A stretch of 64,000 nt of DNA from Okamejei kenojei (taxonomy: Eukaryota), in the NCBI GenBank assembly GCA_035221665.1, contig CM069143.1, positions 51,150,001 through 51,214,000 on the forward strand, in the 5' to 3' direction. Numbering within the stretch: the first letter of the stretch is position 1; every line of letters starts with the position of its first letter. The notes below the pieces were generated by a model, which saw only the letters and a list, made by a program, of their open reading frames with translations, was not told the DNA's origin and ran no database searches. This document shows, one piece after another, positions 12,341 through 25,119 of the stretch. A program made the translations under genes and the position numbers.

Positions 12341-15300
12341 ATAGACAATAGACAGACAATAGGTGCAGGAGTAGGCCATTTGGCCCTTCAAGCCAGCACC
12401 GCCATTCAATGTGATCATGGCTGATCATCCCCAATTAGTACTCCATTCCTGCCTTCCCCCCATATCCCCTGACTTCGCTATCTTTAAGAGCCCTATCTAG
12501 CTCTTTCTTGAAAGTATCCACAGAACCGGCCTCCAACACCCTCTGAGGCAGAGTATTCCACAGACTCACAACTCTCTGTGAGAAAAAGTGTTTCCTCGTC
12601 AGCATTCTAAATGGCTTACCCCTTATTTTTAAACTGTGGCCGCTGGTTCTAGACTCCCCCAACATCGGGAACATGTTTCCTGCCTCTAGCGTGTCCAAAC
12701 CCTTAACAATCTTATATGTTGCAATAAGATAGCCTTTCATCCTTCAAAACTCCATAGTGTACAAGTCCAGCCGCTCCATTCTCGCCCTGTTGTGGCAATA
12801 GCAACGATGTCCTTCCTCAAATTAGGGGACCAAAACTACACACAATATGCCACGTGTGGTCTCATTAGGGCCCTGTGCAACTGCAGAATGACCTATTTGC
12901 TCCTATACTCGACTCCTCTTGTTAGAAAGGCCAACACGCCATTCACTTTCTTCACTACCTGCTGTACCTGCATGCTTACTTTCATAAACTGATGAACAAG
13001 GCCCCCCAGATCTCGTTGTACTTCCCCTTTTCCCAACAACACCATTTAGATAGTAATCTGCCTTCCTGTTTTTGATACCATAGTGGATAATCTCACATTT
13101 ATCCAAATTAAACTTCATCTGCTATGCATCTGCCCATTCCCCCAACCTGTCCAATTCACCCTGCATTCTCATAGCATCCTCCTCACAGTTCACACTGCCA
13201 CCCAGCTTTGTGTCATCTGCAAATTTGCTAATGTTACTTTGAATCCCTTCATCCAAATCATTGATGTATATTGTAAACACCTGCGGTCCCAGCACAAAGC
13301 CTTGCAGTATCCCACTAGTCACTGCCTGCCATCCCTAAATTTTGTTTCCTGTCTGCCAACCAATTTTCTATCCATGTCAGCACTCTACCCAAAATACCAT
13401 GTTCCCTAATTTTGCCCACTAATCTCCTATGTGGGACCTTATCAAAAATGGTTTCTGAAAGTCCAGGTACAGTACACCCACTGGCTCTCCCTTGTCCATT
13501 TTCCTAGTTACATCCTCCAAAAATTCCAGAAGACTAGTCAAGCATGATTTCCCCTTCGTACATCCATGCTGACTCGGACCGATCCTGTTACTGCTATCCA
13601 AATGTGTGGCTATTTCATCTTTTCTAATTGACTCCAGCATCTTCCCCACCACCAATGTCAGGCTAACTGGTCTATAATTCCCTGTTTTCGCTCTCCCGCC
13701 TTTCTTAAAAAGTGGGATAACATTAGCTACCATCCAATCCACAGGAACTGATCCTGAGTCTATAGAACATTGGAAAATTATTACCAATGCATCCACGATT
13801 TCTAGAGCCACTTCCTTAAGTACCCTGGGATGCAGACTATCAGGCCCTGGGGATTTATCAGCCATTAGTCTACCCAACAACATTTCCTGCCTAATATGGA
13901 TTTCCTTCAATTCCTCCGTCACCCCAGATCCTCTGGCCACTACTATATCAGGATGATTGTTTGTGTCCTCCTTAGTGAAGACTGATCCAAAGTACCTGTT
14001 CAACTCATCTGTCATTTCCTTGTTCCCCATAATAAATTCACCTTTTTCGGTCTTCAAGTGTCCAACTTTGGTCTTAACTATTTTTTTCTATTCTCCTTTT
14101 TTGGCTAGCTTAACTTCATACCTCATCTTTTCTCCCCGTATTGTCTTTTTAGTTACCTTCTGTTGCTCTTTAAACATTACCCAATCCTCTTGCTTCCCGC
14201 TCATCTTTGCTACGTTGTACTTCTTCTCTTTTATTTTTATACCTAGCCTGACGTCCCTTGTCAGCCACAGTCGCCTCTTAGTCCCATTGGAATCTTTCTT
14301 TCTTTCTCCTAGAAATGAACTGATCCTGCACCTTCTGTATTATTCCTAGAAATACCTGCAATTGTTCTTCCATGTCATCCCTGCTAGGGTATCTTTCCAG
14401 TCAACTTTGGCCAGCTCCTCCCTCATGGCCCCATAGTCCCCTTTATTCAATTGTAACACTGACACCTCCGATCTACCCTTCTCCCTCTCCAATTATAGAT
14501 TAAACCTGACCATATTATGGTCACTACCTCCAAATGGCTCATTACCTCAAATTCCTTTTTCAAATTGGTTCATTACATAACACTAAATCCAGAACTGCCT
14601 TCTTCCTGGTAGGCTCCAATACAAGCTGCTCTAAGAATCCATCACGAAGGTACTCTACAAAGTCCCTTTCTTGGGGTCCAGTACCAACCTGATTTTCCCA
14701 GCCTACCTGCATGTTGAAATCTCCCATAACAACCACAGCAATACCTTTGCTACATGCCAATTTTAACTCCTGATTCAACTTGTACCCTATGTCCACCCTA
14801 TATTTGGGGGCCTGTAGCTAAGTCCCATTAGGGTATTTTTACCCTTACAATTCCTTAGTTCTATCCATACTGACTCCACATCTCCTGTTTCAATGTCACC
14901 CCTTGCAAGGGGCTGAATTTCATTCCTCGCTAACAAAGCTACCCCACCCCCTCTGCCCACCTGTCTGTCTTTTCGATAGGAAATATACCCTTGAATATTC
15001 AGTTCCCAGCCCTGGCCCTCTTGCAGCAATGTCTCTGTAATTCCTACAACATCATACTTGCCAATTTCTAACTGAACCTCAAGTTCGTCCAACATAGCAC
15101 ATTCATATACAACACTTTGACCTCCATATTCACGTCCCTCCTTGCCCCGCTTGCAATTTGCCCTGACCTTACTCTTTTATCCCTTCTCGAAATTTCCTTC
15201 CCATTAATTCGAGAATCTTTCTAATTTATCCTGTACTCACTTCCCCTTCAACTCCATCTTTATACACCAAATTTGTCAATCTCCCCCCCCCCACTATTTA

Positions 15301-15612
15301 GTTTAAACCCACACGTGTAGCCCTAGCAAACCTGCCTGCCAGAATGTCGGTCCCCCTCCAGTTAAGGTGTAACCCGTCCCTTTTATACAGGTCATTCCCT
15401 ACCCCAGAAGAGATCCCAGTGGTTTGTAAATCTAAATCCTTGCTCCCTGCACCAGCCCCTCAGCCACACATTCAGATCCCCTATCTCCCTGTTCCTGTCC
15501 TCACTAGCACGAGGTACTGGAAGCAATCCAGAGATAACTACCCTAGAAGTCCTGCTTTTCAGTCTTCTACCTAACTCTCTGAACTCATGTATGAGAACCT
15601 CCTTCCTCTTCT
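12341..15612 (-). mobile_element. Long CR1 LINE (ORF1 esterase C-terminus, APE endonuclease, RT, 3' tail), frameshifted
   Basis: 15392-15664 SRVVISGLLPVPRAS...LNVWLRGWC (CR1 ORF1 SGNH esterase-like); 14787-15095 DVVGITET and 14560-14796 MGDFN (APE); 13419-14057 and 13122-13322 RT; tail (ctattgt)n at ~12341-12361. Confidence 0.95.
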
Positions 15613-16236
15613 TCCCATTAGCCAGAAGGAATTCAAGGAAGTTCATAATAATTGCAAAAATCATTTGGCACTCATTTCACATTTGACAGTTGGATATATC
15701 AGTAACCCATGAGGGTCTTATGGAGGCAAATCTGGCTTGAACCAATACATATCTTTCTCACTCAGTTAACATTAAAAAGTAGATTCAAAAAGTAGATTAG
15801 GAATCAGAAAGCTGGCATCATTACAGCAACAATACATATGCAGAAAACAATTTTGAAATAATAGGGTTGTGCTTAATTATTATAAGGTTCTGAATGCTCT
15901 TGCAAAAAGGAATTTGAGGGTGTGGTGCAGACATTTTATAGACATTTACAATAGCTGAACTCTACCTAAGTTGCGACAGGAAACATAATGTTCATAGATC
16001 TATTGAATTGCATCCAATGAAATAAAACTGTTTATCCATGAGTCAGTTTGTAGGCTTAGGCAAAAGCCTTGTCCATCAATGATTGATTAGAAATGAAGAT
16101 TAAAAACCAGCATGTGCTGAAAGTCAGAATAAAAATCAACAAAATTTGGAAACACTCAGCAGACATTATCTGTGGAAAGAGAAGCATGTGTAAGGTTAGA
16201 GATGTGTTGCCACAACAGGGAAAGAAAAAAAAAACA

Positions 16237-16522
16237 AGTTTTAGAGATACAGTGTGGAAACAGGCCCTTCGGCCCACTGAGTCCATGCCGACTACAGTCA
16301 CCCATACGCTAGTTCTATCCTACACACTAGGAACAATTTGCAGAAGCCAATTAACCTACAAACTTGTACGTCTTTGGAGCGTGGCAGGAAACCGGACCAC
16401 CGGGAGAAAACCCACGCGGCCACAGAGAGAAAAAACCTCCATACAGGCAGGACCCGTAGTCAGGATCAAACCCAGGTCTTTGGTGCTGTAAGGCAGCAGC
16501 TCTACTGTTGCACCACTGGGCC
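16237..16522 (-). mobile_element. HE1-like tRNA-derived V-SINE
   Basis: Minus strand has a tRNA-like head (gtggtgcaacagtagagctgctgccttacagc), V-domain (gtgggttttctcccggtggtccggtttcctgcc) and a CR1-like tail (ggccgaagggcctgtttcc). Confidence 0.75.
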
Positions 16523-16834
16523 ATCTAATTTTGTTATAGTGAAGGCAGGGGTGTGAGTTGTGGATGAATGAAATAAAATGAATTTCTTGTGCTGATAAAT
16601 TGCCGACAAAACCATTTGTTTGTGAGATTAACGAGAAAGAAAAAAGAAACAAAAAGTCTTGTAAAAGCTGTGAAATACATGTTAAGATATACAAATTGCC
16701 TATTAGATGAGGCATTGTAAATGGAGATTGAGAACTGTATTAATATTAAAATAGATGAATCAGAACTAGCTAGTGTTGCTACAAACAGGGAAGCAAGTTA
16801 TCTGAGAGTTTAATTTCAGATTCAAAATAATAGT

Positions 16835-17032
16835 GGGCAGCATAGTGGCACAGCTGATAGAGAATGCTGCCTCACAATGCCAGAGTCCTGGGTTTGAACC
16901 CAACCTCTCGAGGTGTCTATGTGGAAGTTTGCATCTTCACTCTGTGTCTGTATGGGTTTCCTCCAGGTGCTCTAATTTCCTCCCACATTCCAAAGGTGTG
17001 CGGGTTTGTAGATTAATTGGCCTCTGTAAATT
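16835..17032 (+). mobile_element. HE1-like V-SINE, 3'-truncated
   Basis: gggcagcatagtggcacagctg...ctgcctcaca head and V-domain gggtttcctccaggtgctctaatttcctcccacattccaaag. Confidence 0.75.
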
Positions 17033-18204
17033 CATACGCAATGGCCACGGGTAGGTTTTTAATTAATGGACTCCTAGTACATGAGATGTTGGCGGTGAGG
17101 ATTTTACAATATTCAGTTAACAGGTGGCTCTCATGTAGTCTTATTTACCTTGCTTTGGATTAATATTTACAAAGAATTAATTTGTCCAAAGCTTTATGCC
17201 TAAGAGTAATATATTTTATATACACTCCCCCTCCTCAATTATACCAATAAAATTCACACCATACAGTGGATGAGCATTTTACAGCCCTTATGCAGCACAT
17301 GCCTTATCATCTGGTGCAGAACTCAGACCTAACTGGATTTATTTTTTTCTTATTCAGTTAGGAGGTACATTAACTTTGACACTCATTTCAAGGCTAAGCA
17401 TAATATTAACTGATTTCCGTACATGTTTGTATTCTGCATAATTTAAACTGTCAGTTGAACACCTTTCTACCTTTCACATAGGAATAATGTTCTACTCACC
17501 CATCTAACAATTAAAACAGCAGACAATGGCTCATATTTTACAAAGGATTGGGCATCACTCAGAATGCTCTTGAAGTTAAATATGTTTTCACGTGCTTTGG
17601 TTTTAATATTTTGTCCTCAAAGTTGTTGGAAGTGAAAATTGATAATGAGACAACCAGAATGACAGGGCATAGATGACTTTCCTGAATAATACAATAAATA
17701 AGATATCTCTAATAAAGTTGTAAAGTAAGCAAATTAAGAGGGGAGTACACTAGTATGGGTGAATCGGGTAGTGAATGAAAAATAATGGGAAGAAAAGAAA
17801 GATTAGACTATGAGAAGAGAAAAAAATAAGGAAACAGTATGAAAAAATTTAAATAAATAAGTTTTAAAACCTCAAACACCAATTCATAAATTGAAGAATG
17901 GTGACTCCACATTTTTTATTATTCACTTTCTGGGCAAAGTACTTCAATTGGCTGACCATAAAAAAATACCTTTCTATTAAAATAAGATTTTTATTACTAT
18001 TCTTTTTGGTGAATGTGATTGAAAATTAACGTAGTAATGAAGTAATTCCATTAAAGTCATGGCAAAGTTAAAGGTGAGATCATGTTTCTGAAGCCAGTTG
18101 TAGAATAGCAAATCGATAATAAAGTGTGATTCTTCAATTTGTGGTACATGTCTTTCTCAACTTAAACGTTGACAGTTTTGTACATGAATAATGGTGTCAG
18201 ACTG

Positions 18205-18660
18205 TTGCAGATGCTGGAAATGAGCAAAAAACAAAGTACTGGAGGAATTCCGTAGGGTAGCCAGCATCTGTGGAGGGAACGGACAGATTACATTTTGGGT
18301 CGAGACCTTTTCTTTAGACTGATGGACTAGAGGGGAGAAAGCTGAAAAAGAGAGTTGGGGTGGGGCAAAGCCTGCCAAGTGACAGTTGAGGGTGGTTGAT
18401 AGATGGATGAGTGGAGGTAATAACAACTCCAGCGAGGAAAAGGACACAAAATGTGTTAGATAACGACAGAAAAAGAGGAGTGAAATGTGAAGCTGCAGGG
18501 AGAGATATGGATGAAAGGGGGTGGGGGAGAGGAAAATGGAGGGATTAAAGACAAATATGGGACAGAGGTGGGTGTTGTGGGGATGACCACATGGAGGAGA
18601 GGAGAGGAAAGGAACAGGGTGGTCGGAAATGGTGGGAGAAATGTTTACGCTTTGGAGAGA
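18205..18660 (-). mobile_element. Degraded PLE 3' terminal fragment
   Basis: tgcagatgctggaa...cagcatctgtggag...ttttgggtcgagacc..tagactgat followed by a purine-rich tract, as in the other PLE ends. Confidence 0.6.
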
Positions 18661-20109
18661 ATACAGGTGCTTTGTTCACATTAAAAATAATAGAACATTA
18701 GTTCTTTCACAAATTTTAATTATTTTCTCTGCTCAAAAACCCTTCGTGATGTATGTCCTAGCCTCATTAGGGCTACCAAACTGCGTCACCTCACACTTGT
18801 GAGATTAAACTCTACCTGACATTTTTCATTACAGTTCACTAACACTTGCGTTAGTTTTACACCATTCTGTTGCAAAATACATAAGGACTGATATGATGTA
18901 AGATGTCAGCTTACCACTAGTCTCTCGTGAGAAAGTTGGGCCCAAGATTAAATATTGGTCTTGCTGGCCATGCCCACATCCTTTAGCGAGCAAAACTCTA
19001 ATAAAATATTGACAGAGTGGATTTCATTTGCTTGCAGGATTTATCATTTATGTGTCTTTGGAAGCAAAACTATAAACATGTCAAACTTCATTGATTATCT
19101 TAATGCTGCTTTAGTCCTAATCAACATCTGTCACACAAACATATGCCTCTGCATTTCATTCTCACAGTACCTTTATTTGTTCCTTGTCTATTTGAGGTAT
19201 GGAGTACTATAGAAGAAAACGATCATCACATGTATATTTCCATTATGCCACATAACCTTAATCTTTGAGACACTCTGTTTGAAAAGCAATTGGGTGTGGC
19301 AAGCAAATGGCACCATAGTAACTAACTAAGTTACAGAAAATATTTGTTTTTGGTGAATCAGACATAAGAAATAATGGACCATATCTGTGGTCTCAAAGCA
19401 ATAAAAAATCTGAAATATGCTTAAAATATCTGACAACAATAAAAAAAATTGAAGGGATATCTTACAGTATTCTCACTTAACAGAAGGCCAAATATTCCTC
19501 CAGAGTTTCTAATCACACAAGATGTATTTAGATTTTCAAGGAATCTGAAGGAGAAAATAAGTAGGATCATATCTCACTCTCCACTCTCCTCACCTCCACA
19601 TTGGATACATCAGATGGGTCAAGTGTGGAATACCCTGTTGAAGTCATTCACTCATTTTGAAGCCGTACACCACATTGGGCCCAAGAGAAAGGGCTGGCTG
19701 TCCGCACGCAACTTTCTTGCAATCTGACTTCTCTACCAACTGGCTGTTCATCACAGTTGCAGTCTCAGATCTGCCTACAATTGCAATGAATCCCCAGATA
19801 CACCCAGTTCCTCATGACATGAAATTTGCCAATGCGTATGCCAGCGACAGTGCCATACAGCACCCACTAGTATCATAGCCAGTATTCTATAATCAACCAC
19901 TAATTTAAATTGTGACCCAACACTCATGTCTGAATTAAGTTAGATATAGCAACTCTTACCAACAGCATTTCCATATATGTCAAACACATCGATCTGCTAT
20001 AAGATTGAGTTTTAAAACCTCTTAGTGTATGGGGTGTACTTATTTCTACTGCAAGATTCATATGGAATTTGATATAATTATATTTCATGCAAGGGATTTC
20101 TGAGCATTG

Positions 20110-20126
20110 CTTGTTCTTTATTCCAG
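20110..20126 (+). promoter_or_regulatory. Probable splice acceptor of the P2Y coding exon
   Basis: Pyrimidine tract cttgttctttattccag ends 28 nt before the ATG; an in-frame TGA (20152-20154) lies directly before the ATG. Confidence 0.6.
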
Positions 20127-20154
20127 GTTTGTCTTTAACGTTGAAGAGTTTTGA

Positions 20155-21309
20155 ATGGCAGGGGGAATACTTCTGAACTATCATCTTCGCTCTATTGATT
20201 CAACAACCTCAATCACAAGACCTCCTGAATATGAGTCGCTGCAAACTGCTTCTGGTAATGCTAGTGGCTCTGGTGGTAAAAATGACAGTTGTCATTTTAA
20301 TGAGGAGTTCAAATTCATCTTATTGCCAGTGTCCTATGGAACAGTGTGTGTGCTGGGCCTAGTTCTTAATACAACAGCACTTTGGATGTTTGTGTGTAAG
20401 ATGAGGCCATGGACTGCCAGTATAATCTACATGTTTAACCTGGCCATTTCAGATCTTCTTTATGTGTTATCTCTGCCACTCCTTACATATTACTATGCCA
20501 ATCGTAACGATTGGCCATTTGGTGTAGTCCTTTGTAAATTAACCCGCTTCCTCTTTTATGCCAATCTGTACTCCAGCATCCTTTTTCTTACCTGCATCAG
20601 TGTCCACAGGTACCTGGGTGTGTGCTACCCCATTCAATCACTCATGTGGATGAAAGTGAAACGTGCCTGGACTGTGAGTCTGCTGGTCTGGATATCTGTC
20701 ATCATCTGCCTCATCCCCAATTTACTGTTTGTCACAACAAGCAAGCGAGGTGATGACATACTCTGTCATGACACAACCCGCAGGGAGGATTTTCCACGGT
20801 ACGTTTTGTACAGTTCTGCCATTATGGTGATTCTTTTCGTTATTCCCTTCTTCACCATTACCGTCTGTTACAGCTTAATGACCAGAAAGTTGAGCAAAGC
20901 ACATGGATCCAACTACAACACAGCCCCATCGATTGTCAAGAACAAGGCCATTAAACTTATCATCATCGTGTTGCTGGTCTTTTTTGTATGTTTTGTACCA
21001 TTCCACATCACAAGAACAATGTACTACACCTTCCGGGTACTCAAGAAGAACTGCCATGCACTTAACATTGTGAACTTCACATATAAAATCACAAGACCAC
21101 TAGCCAGCATCAACAGCTGCATTGACCCTATTTTGTACTTCCTGGCTGGAGACAATTATCGGGAAAAATTTGTGCATGCTACATTGAGAAGAAAAGCTCG
21201 CATTCAACGATCAGTATCAAACAAAATGCGTGAGCGCAAAATACACAAGCAATCAGTGGTCAAAAGTGCCTCTGTCTATTCTGTCACCTTGGACCAGGAA
21301 TATGTTTGA
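20155..21309 (+). CDS. P2RY4: P2Y purinoceptor/pyrimidinoceptor (class A GPCR), P2Y4-like, 384 aa
   Basis: Intact ORF with 7 hydrophobic segments. Motifs: C.FNEEFKFILLPVSY, FNLAISD, WPFG..LCK, ISVHRY (DRY equivalent), LCHDTT, CFVPFHITRT (H-x-x-R in TM6), YKITRPLASINSCIDPILY. FILLPVSY, CHDTTR.E.F and LNIVN..YK.TRP resemble P2Y4 more than P2Y2/P2Y6, but orthology is not tested. Confidence 0.9.
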   Translation: MAGGILLNYHLRSIDSTTSITRPPEYESLQTASGNASGSGGKNDSCHFNEEFKFILLPVSYGTVCVLGLVLNTTALWMFVCKMRPWTASIIYMFNLAISDLLYVLSLPLLTYYYANRNDWPFGVVLCKLTRFLFYANLYSSILFLTCISVHRYLGVCYPIQSLMWMKVKRAWTVSLLVWISVIICLIPNLLFVTTSKRGDDILCHDTTRREDFPRYVLYSSAIMVILFVIPFFTITVCYSLMTRKLSKAHGSNYNTAPSIVKNKAIKLIIIVLLVFFVCFVPFHITRTMYYTFRVLKKNCHALNIVNFTYKITRPLASINSCIDPILYFLAGDNYREKFVHATLRRKARIQRSVSNKMRERKIHKQSVVKSASVYSVTLDQEYV

Positions 21310-21313
21310 GTTA

Positions 21314-21906
21314 AGGGCCTGTCCCACTTGGACGACCTAATCCACGAGTTTAGAAAACCCTAGACGAGTTGAAAAAAATGTCAAGGTTGTGTTGATTCGC
21401 CGAAGTAAAAGACCTCCTACCACCTCCTACGACTATGTCTACGACCTCCTGCAACCCCCCTCGACCTCAGTCTTCCACACCTAAGACCAACTACGTCTAG
21501 CTACGAGTGAAAATGATCACATGATAAAATAATGTCATGTTTGCATTTTTTTCTCGGGCCTGTTACCAACCTACGACTACCTACGACTACCTACGAATAT
21601 CTACGACTACTTACGACTACCATCACGACCTACTATGACCTACCTACGACATACGTACGAGTTAAAAGTATCCATTTTTTCCATGCCGAACCATATTTTT
21701 ACTTGTGGACATTTTTTATCAGACTGGAAAAAACACCGCGACCTACTTGAGGCCACGAGCACGCGGGGACCACTCACGAGCATGAGGAAGAATTATGAAG
21801 TCCTCCTATGACCTCCATCGACCTAGTGGCGACCATGCTGCGAGCATGAGTCAAGGGCAAACTCGGCAGAGTTCGCCAATTAGGTTGTGAAAGAGGGACA
21901 GGGGCT
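21314..21906. mobile_element. PIF/Harbinger-type MITE at the start of the P2Y 3' UTR
   Basis: TIRs agggcctgtcccactt / aagagggacaggggct; TTA TSD at 21311-21313 and 21907-21909; CTACGAC subrepeats. Confidence 0.88.
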
Positions 21907-22633
21907 TTAGAGTGTCAAGGGTTTCACTTCTTTTTTAGTTCAGTGATCCATTCAGATAGAATCATATTATTGGTTCAGAGTCTCTGCCAAAGCATAGTGA
22001 TAGATTCTGGGCAAAACTGATATCCACATTGAAACGATGACTGCCCAAACCCACCTTGCTAACTTAGGCAGCCAGTGACTGTCATAACCAGACAATACAC
22101 TGTGCAGCTGTGTAAAGGGAATCAGTGGCAATGGGAGTCCTATGTGAGTCTTGTGTCCTACACCAGTCTACATTTGAACCAATTCCTTGCATTTCTGGCC
22201 TGCTTTGCCCAATTGACATGAAATCCAAAATATGAAAAGACTGGAAGAAAATGCAAATGAAATTGAATGAAAGCACACATTTTCAGTCATTACCCTTTTT
22301 TAGGGGAAACAATTAATTTTTCTATTTCACCATTTGAGAATATTTTTTCTGTTAATGGTGCAATATTAAATGCAGTGTTTCAAGGTTACAGCAATGCCTA
22401 AAATATTTTAATTATGTTTTGTGTTAAGTTTTGCACCATATTTTGGTATATATTTCAAACTATATTTGGATTCATATCTTGTGATATTTATTTAGATTGT
22501 TAGTTTAGACTTTTGTATTTTAGAACACCTGATCCAGTTATTTATATATCTGCTTATAGCATGGTATTTTAATTTGCAATTGACTTGTCTGCTTTAGGAA
22601 TATGAAATAATCAGTCTTAAGTGGAGTAAAATC

Positions 22634-22639
22634 AATAAA
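22634..22639 (+). promoter_or_regulatory. Candidate polyadenylation signal of the P2Y gene
   Basis: AATAAA after an AU-rich stretch containing tatttattta (~22485), with T/GT-rich sequence downstream. Confidence 0.35.
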
Positions 22640-23319
22640 AATACTTTTTGTCTGCCATTTCACAAAAGCAAAAATGAAATCTGGTGGTCTGTTTAAGAAA
22701 TCTGATGCACAACAATTGAATGCTACTGTATAGAGCTATTTCCATTCTCTGAAATTCTACAGCTGGAATAGGACCATTGACTCTACATGTCTAATCAGGC
22801 CAAATGCTTGCTAGGTCAAAGACAGTATAAAACTGAAGCTGAGCTGTACTTTGTCATTCAATTATTATGGCCTATATTTGCACTGCGCACAATATTGAAA
22901 TTAGATCCTTATCTTACCTGATATAAAATTAATGGGGAAAAAATTATCTGTGAAGTGTTTGTTGATTGTTTGAGGCTAACACGACCTTCCAAAATAGTAA
23001 TATAGAAACTGTACTTCTCAAAATTAGATATTCTCAGAATGAATCCTTTATCACTAGATTGTTTATCAAGAGCTATGTAACAATGTTATTCAGAGTGGCT
23101 ACAAGTGGCTTCACTTTACAATTTTGAAAGAAACTGGATAACGTTTCCAGACATTCAGCTCATGCTGTGAATGATCATTAATGTGGGTCTTAAACATAAT
23201 TGCTATTAGGAGTTTCAGTTGAACAAAAGTAGTGATACAATATTGATCTTGTGTAGTAGAGTAGAGGTTCTTATATGGTCGGAGAATGAGATTAATCTTT
23301 AAAAAAATCTGAATTATGG

Positions 23320-23480
23320 ACAATAGACAAAAGACAATAGGTGCAGGAGTAGGCCATTCGGCCCTTCAAGCCAGCACCACCATTCAATGTGATCATGGCT
23401 GATCATCCCCAATCAGTACCCCGTTCCTGCCTTCTCCCCATATCCCCTGACTCTGCTGTTTTTTAGAGCCCTATCGAGCT
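23320..23480 (-). mobile_element. CR1 3' end
   Basis: Nearly the same as the CR1 3' UTR at 12341-12500. Confidence 0.85.
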
Positions 23481-23599
23481 CAATTATTTCTAAATGTTAT
23501 TGAAGTAAGTTTGTTAAGTCTTCCAATGTTTTTTTTTGTATATTTGTGAAGTTGTGAATATAAAATTATAAGAGCTGAAGAAAATCAAACATAATAAAA

Positions 23600-24100
23600 G
23601 CAAACTGCCATGAAAAGTCATTTTGGGGATGAGCAACTGACGACAAAGTAAAAGTTTATGTTCAAAATGAAAAAAATTTATTCAAAGGACAGTTGATCGC
23701 CAAACGATGATCTGAAAATAGACCAAACCAAGTCAATGTAGTGAAGGAGATGGTAAGTAACCAATGTTGCAGGAGTGCTATATGCAACCATCGTGATAAA
23801 GTTACTAAGATGGGTGAGTCATTCTGACAGCTGACCAAAAAGAATGTAGCTTGCTGTAGATTGCATGCTGAGGAGCAAGTGATCGAATGAGGTGATCACA
23901 ACGGAGACTATGTTAAGATATTTTTTATGAGAAGAGGGAGCTGACACTGCAGGCAGATGTTTCAGAAATGCATCTTACAGCAATGATCTTGCAATAAGAT
24001 AAGCTGATAAGAAGCTCTGACAGAAGCAATGATACATTATGTGAGATTTGAGAAAAAGCTGCTTGCTGAGATCCTTGGGCTACGGAGATTTCACCAGGAC
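23600..24100 (+). mobile_element. Highly degraded Ty3/Gypsy pol fragment (RT end to RNase H)
   Basis: Frameshifted translation gives MLRYF..KRELTLQADVS (23930-23965) and ALTEA..HY..FEKKLLA..LGLRRFHQ (24014-24097), matching Gypsy RNase H LQxDAS and RALT...YAQIEKELLA...FHQY. Confidence 0.6.
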
Positions 24101-24164
24101 ATCAATTGCCACTTGAAGTCCCTTCCACTGAACATCAGGAATGCGGGCAGGACAATTAGTAAAT

Positions 24165-24830
24165 ATGTAGGTGACATAACAAATTGAGGTGTCGTAGAAG
24201 ATGAGGAAGATTATTTTAGCATGATATTGATTAGGGCAAGGATATTGATTATGAAAATTGGGTGGAACAATGGCAACCCTGACTTGGAAAGCAATGGACT
24301 TTGAAAGGTCAAATAAGACGAGGATTGATCTATTCTTTTAGCATAGGAGCCTAGGGAGTGTGGTAAAGATAAGGTCATTGGGTACAAGTCCATAGATGCC
24401 TAAAAGTGGCAGCACAGCGAGATAGAGTGGTGAAGAAGACACCCATGAATGCTTGCCTTTTTCACGTGGCATAAAACATAAGAGTAGATATATTGCGTTA
24501 CAACTTTATAAAATACTGGTCACGCCACACCTGGAGTACACATTTGTGATTTCCACTGTATAGAAAGGACGTGATTGCTCGGGAGAAAGTGCAGATGCGA
24601 TTTATCAGGATGTTGCCTGGATTAGAACGTTTCAAATATAAAGGGAAAATGGACAGGCAGGTGTTGGTTTCCTTGGAGCAGAGGAGGAGGGGATAGATAG
24701 AGAGGGTAATACCTTTGTTCTCATGGTGTGTGTTTAAAATGTAGAGGGGATTGGTATAAAGTGAAAGAGAATTTAGAGGGGATTTTTTTTTACACTGCGT
24801 GCCAAGAATCTGGCAGTGAAGGTATCAAGA
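24165..24830 (+). mobile_element. Old degraded CR1 fragment
   Basis: gccacacctggagtac, tttatcaggatgttgcctgga and other CR1 C-terminal remnants. Confidence 0.65.
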
Positions 24831-24890
24831 TAAAAGTATATAAGAAAAATTCACAGAAGGTTAATATTAAGAGCAGCATTAGAAATCAAT

Positions 24891-25096
24891 GGTAGACAAA
24901 AAAGCTGGAGAAACTCAGTGGGTGAAGCAGCATCTATGGAGCGAATGAATAGGCAAAGTTTCGGGTCGAAGTCAGAAGGGTCTCGACCCGAAACATCACC
25001 TATTCCTTCGCTCCATAGATGCTGCCTCACCCGCTGAGTTTCTCCAGCTTTTTTGTCTATCTTTGATTTTTCCAGCATCTGCAGTTCTTTCTTCAA
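24891..25096. mobile_element. Inverted dimer of PLE terminal repeat
   Basis: Foldback arms; perfect 14-bp TSD cattagaaatcaat at 24877-24890 and 25097-25110. Confidence 0.88.
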
Positions 25097-25119
25097 CATT
25101 AGAAATCAATAGTAGCTTG

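Noticed and set aside
16835-16905. tRNA gene
   Set aside because: It is the degenerate tRNA-derived head of a SINE, with no complete cloverleaf.
21400-21670. Regularly repeated CTACGAC units resembling a CRISPR array or coding repeat
   Set aside because: The units are 7-11 bp and degenerate, with no unique spacers. They lie within TIRs and a TTA TSD of a MITE, in eukaryotic DNA with no cas genes.
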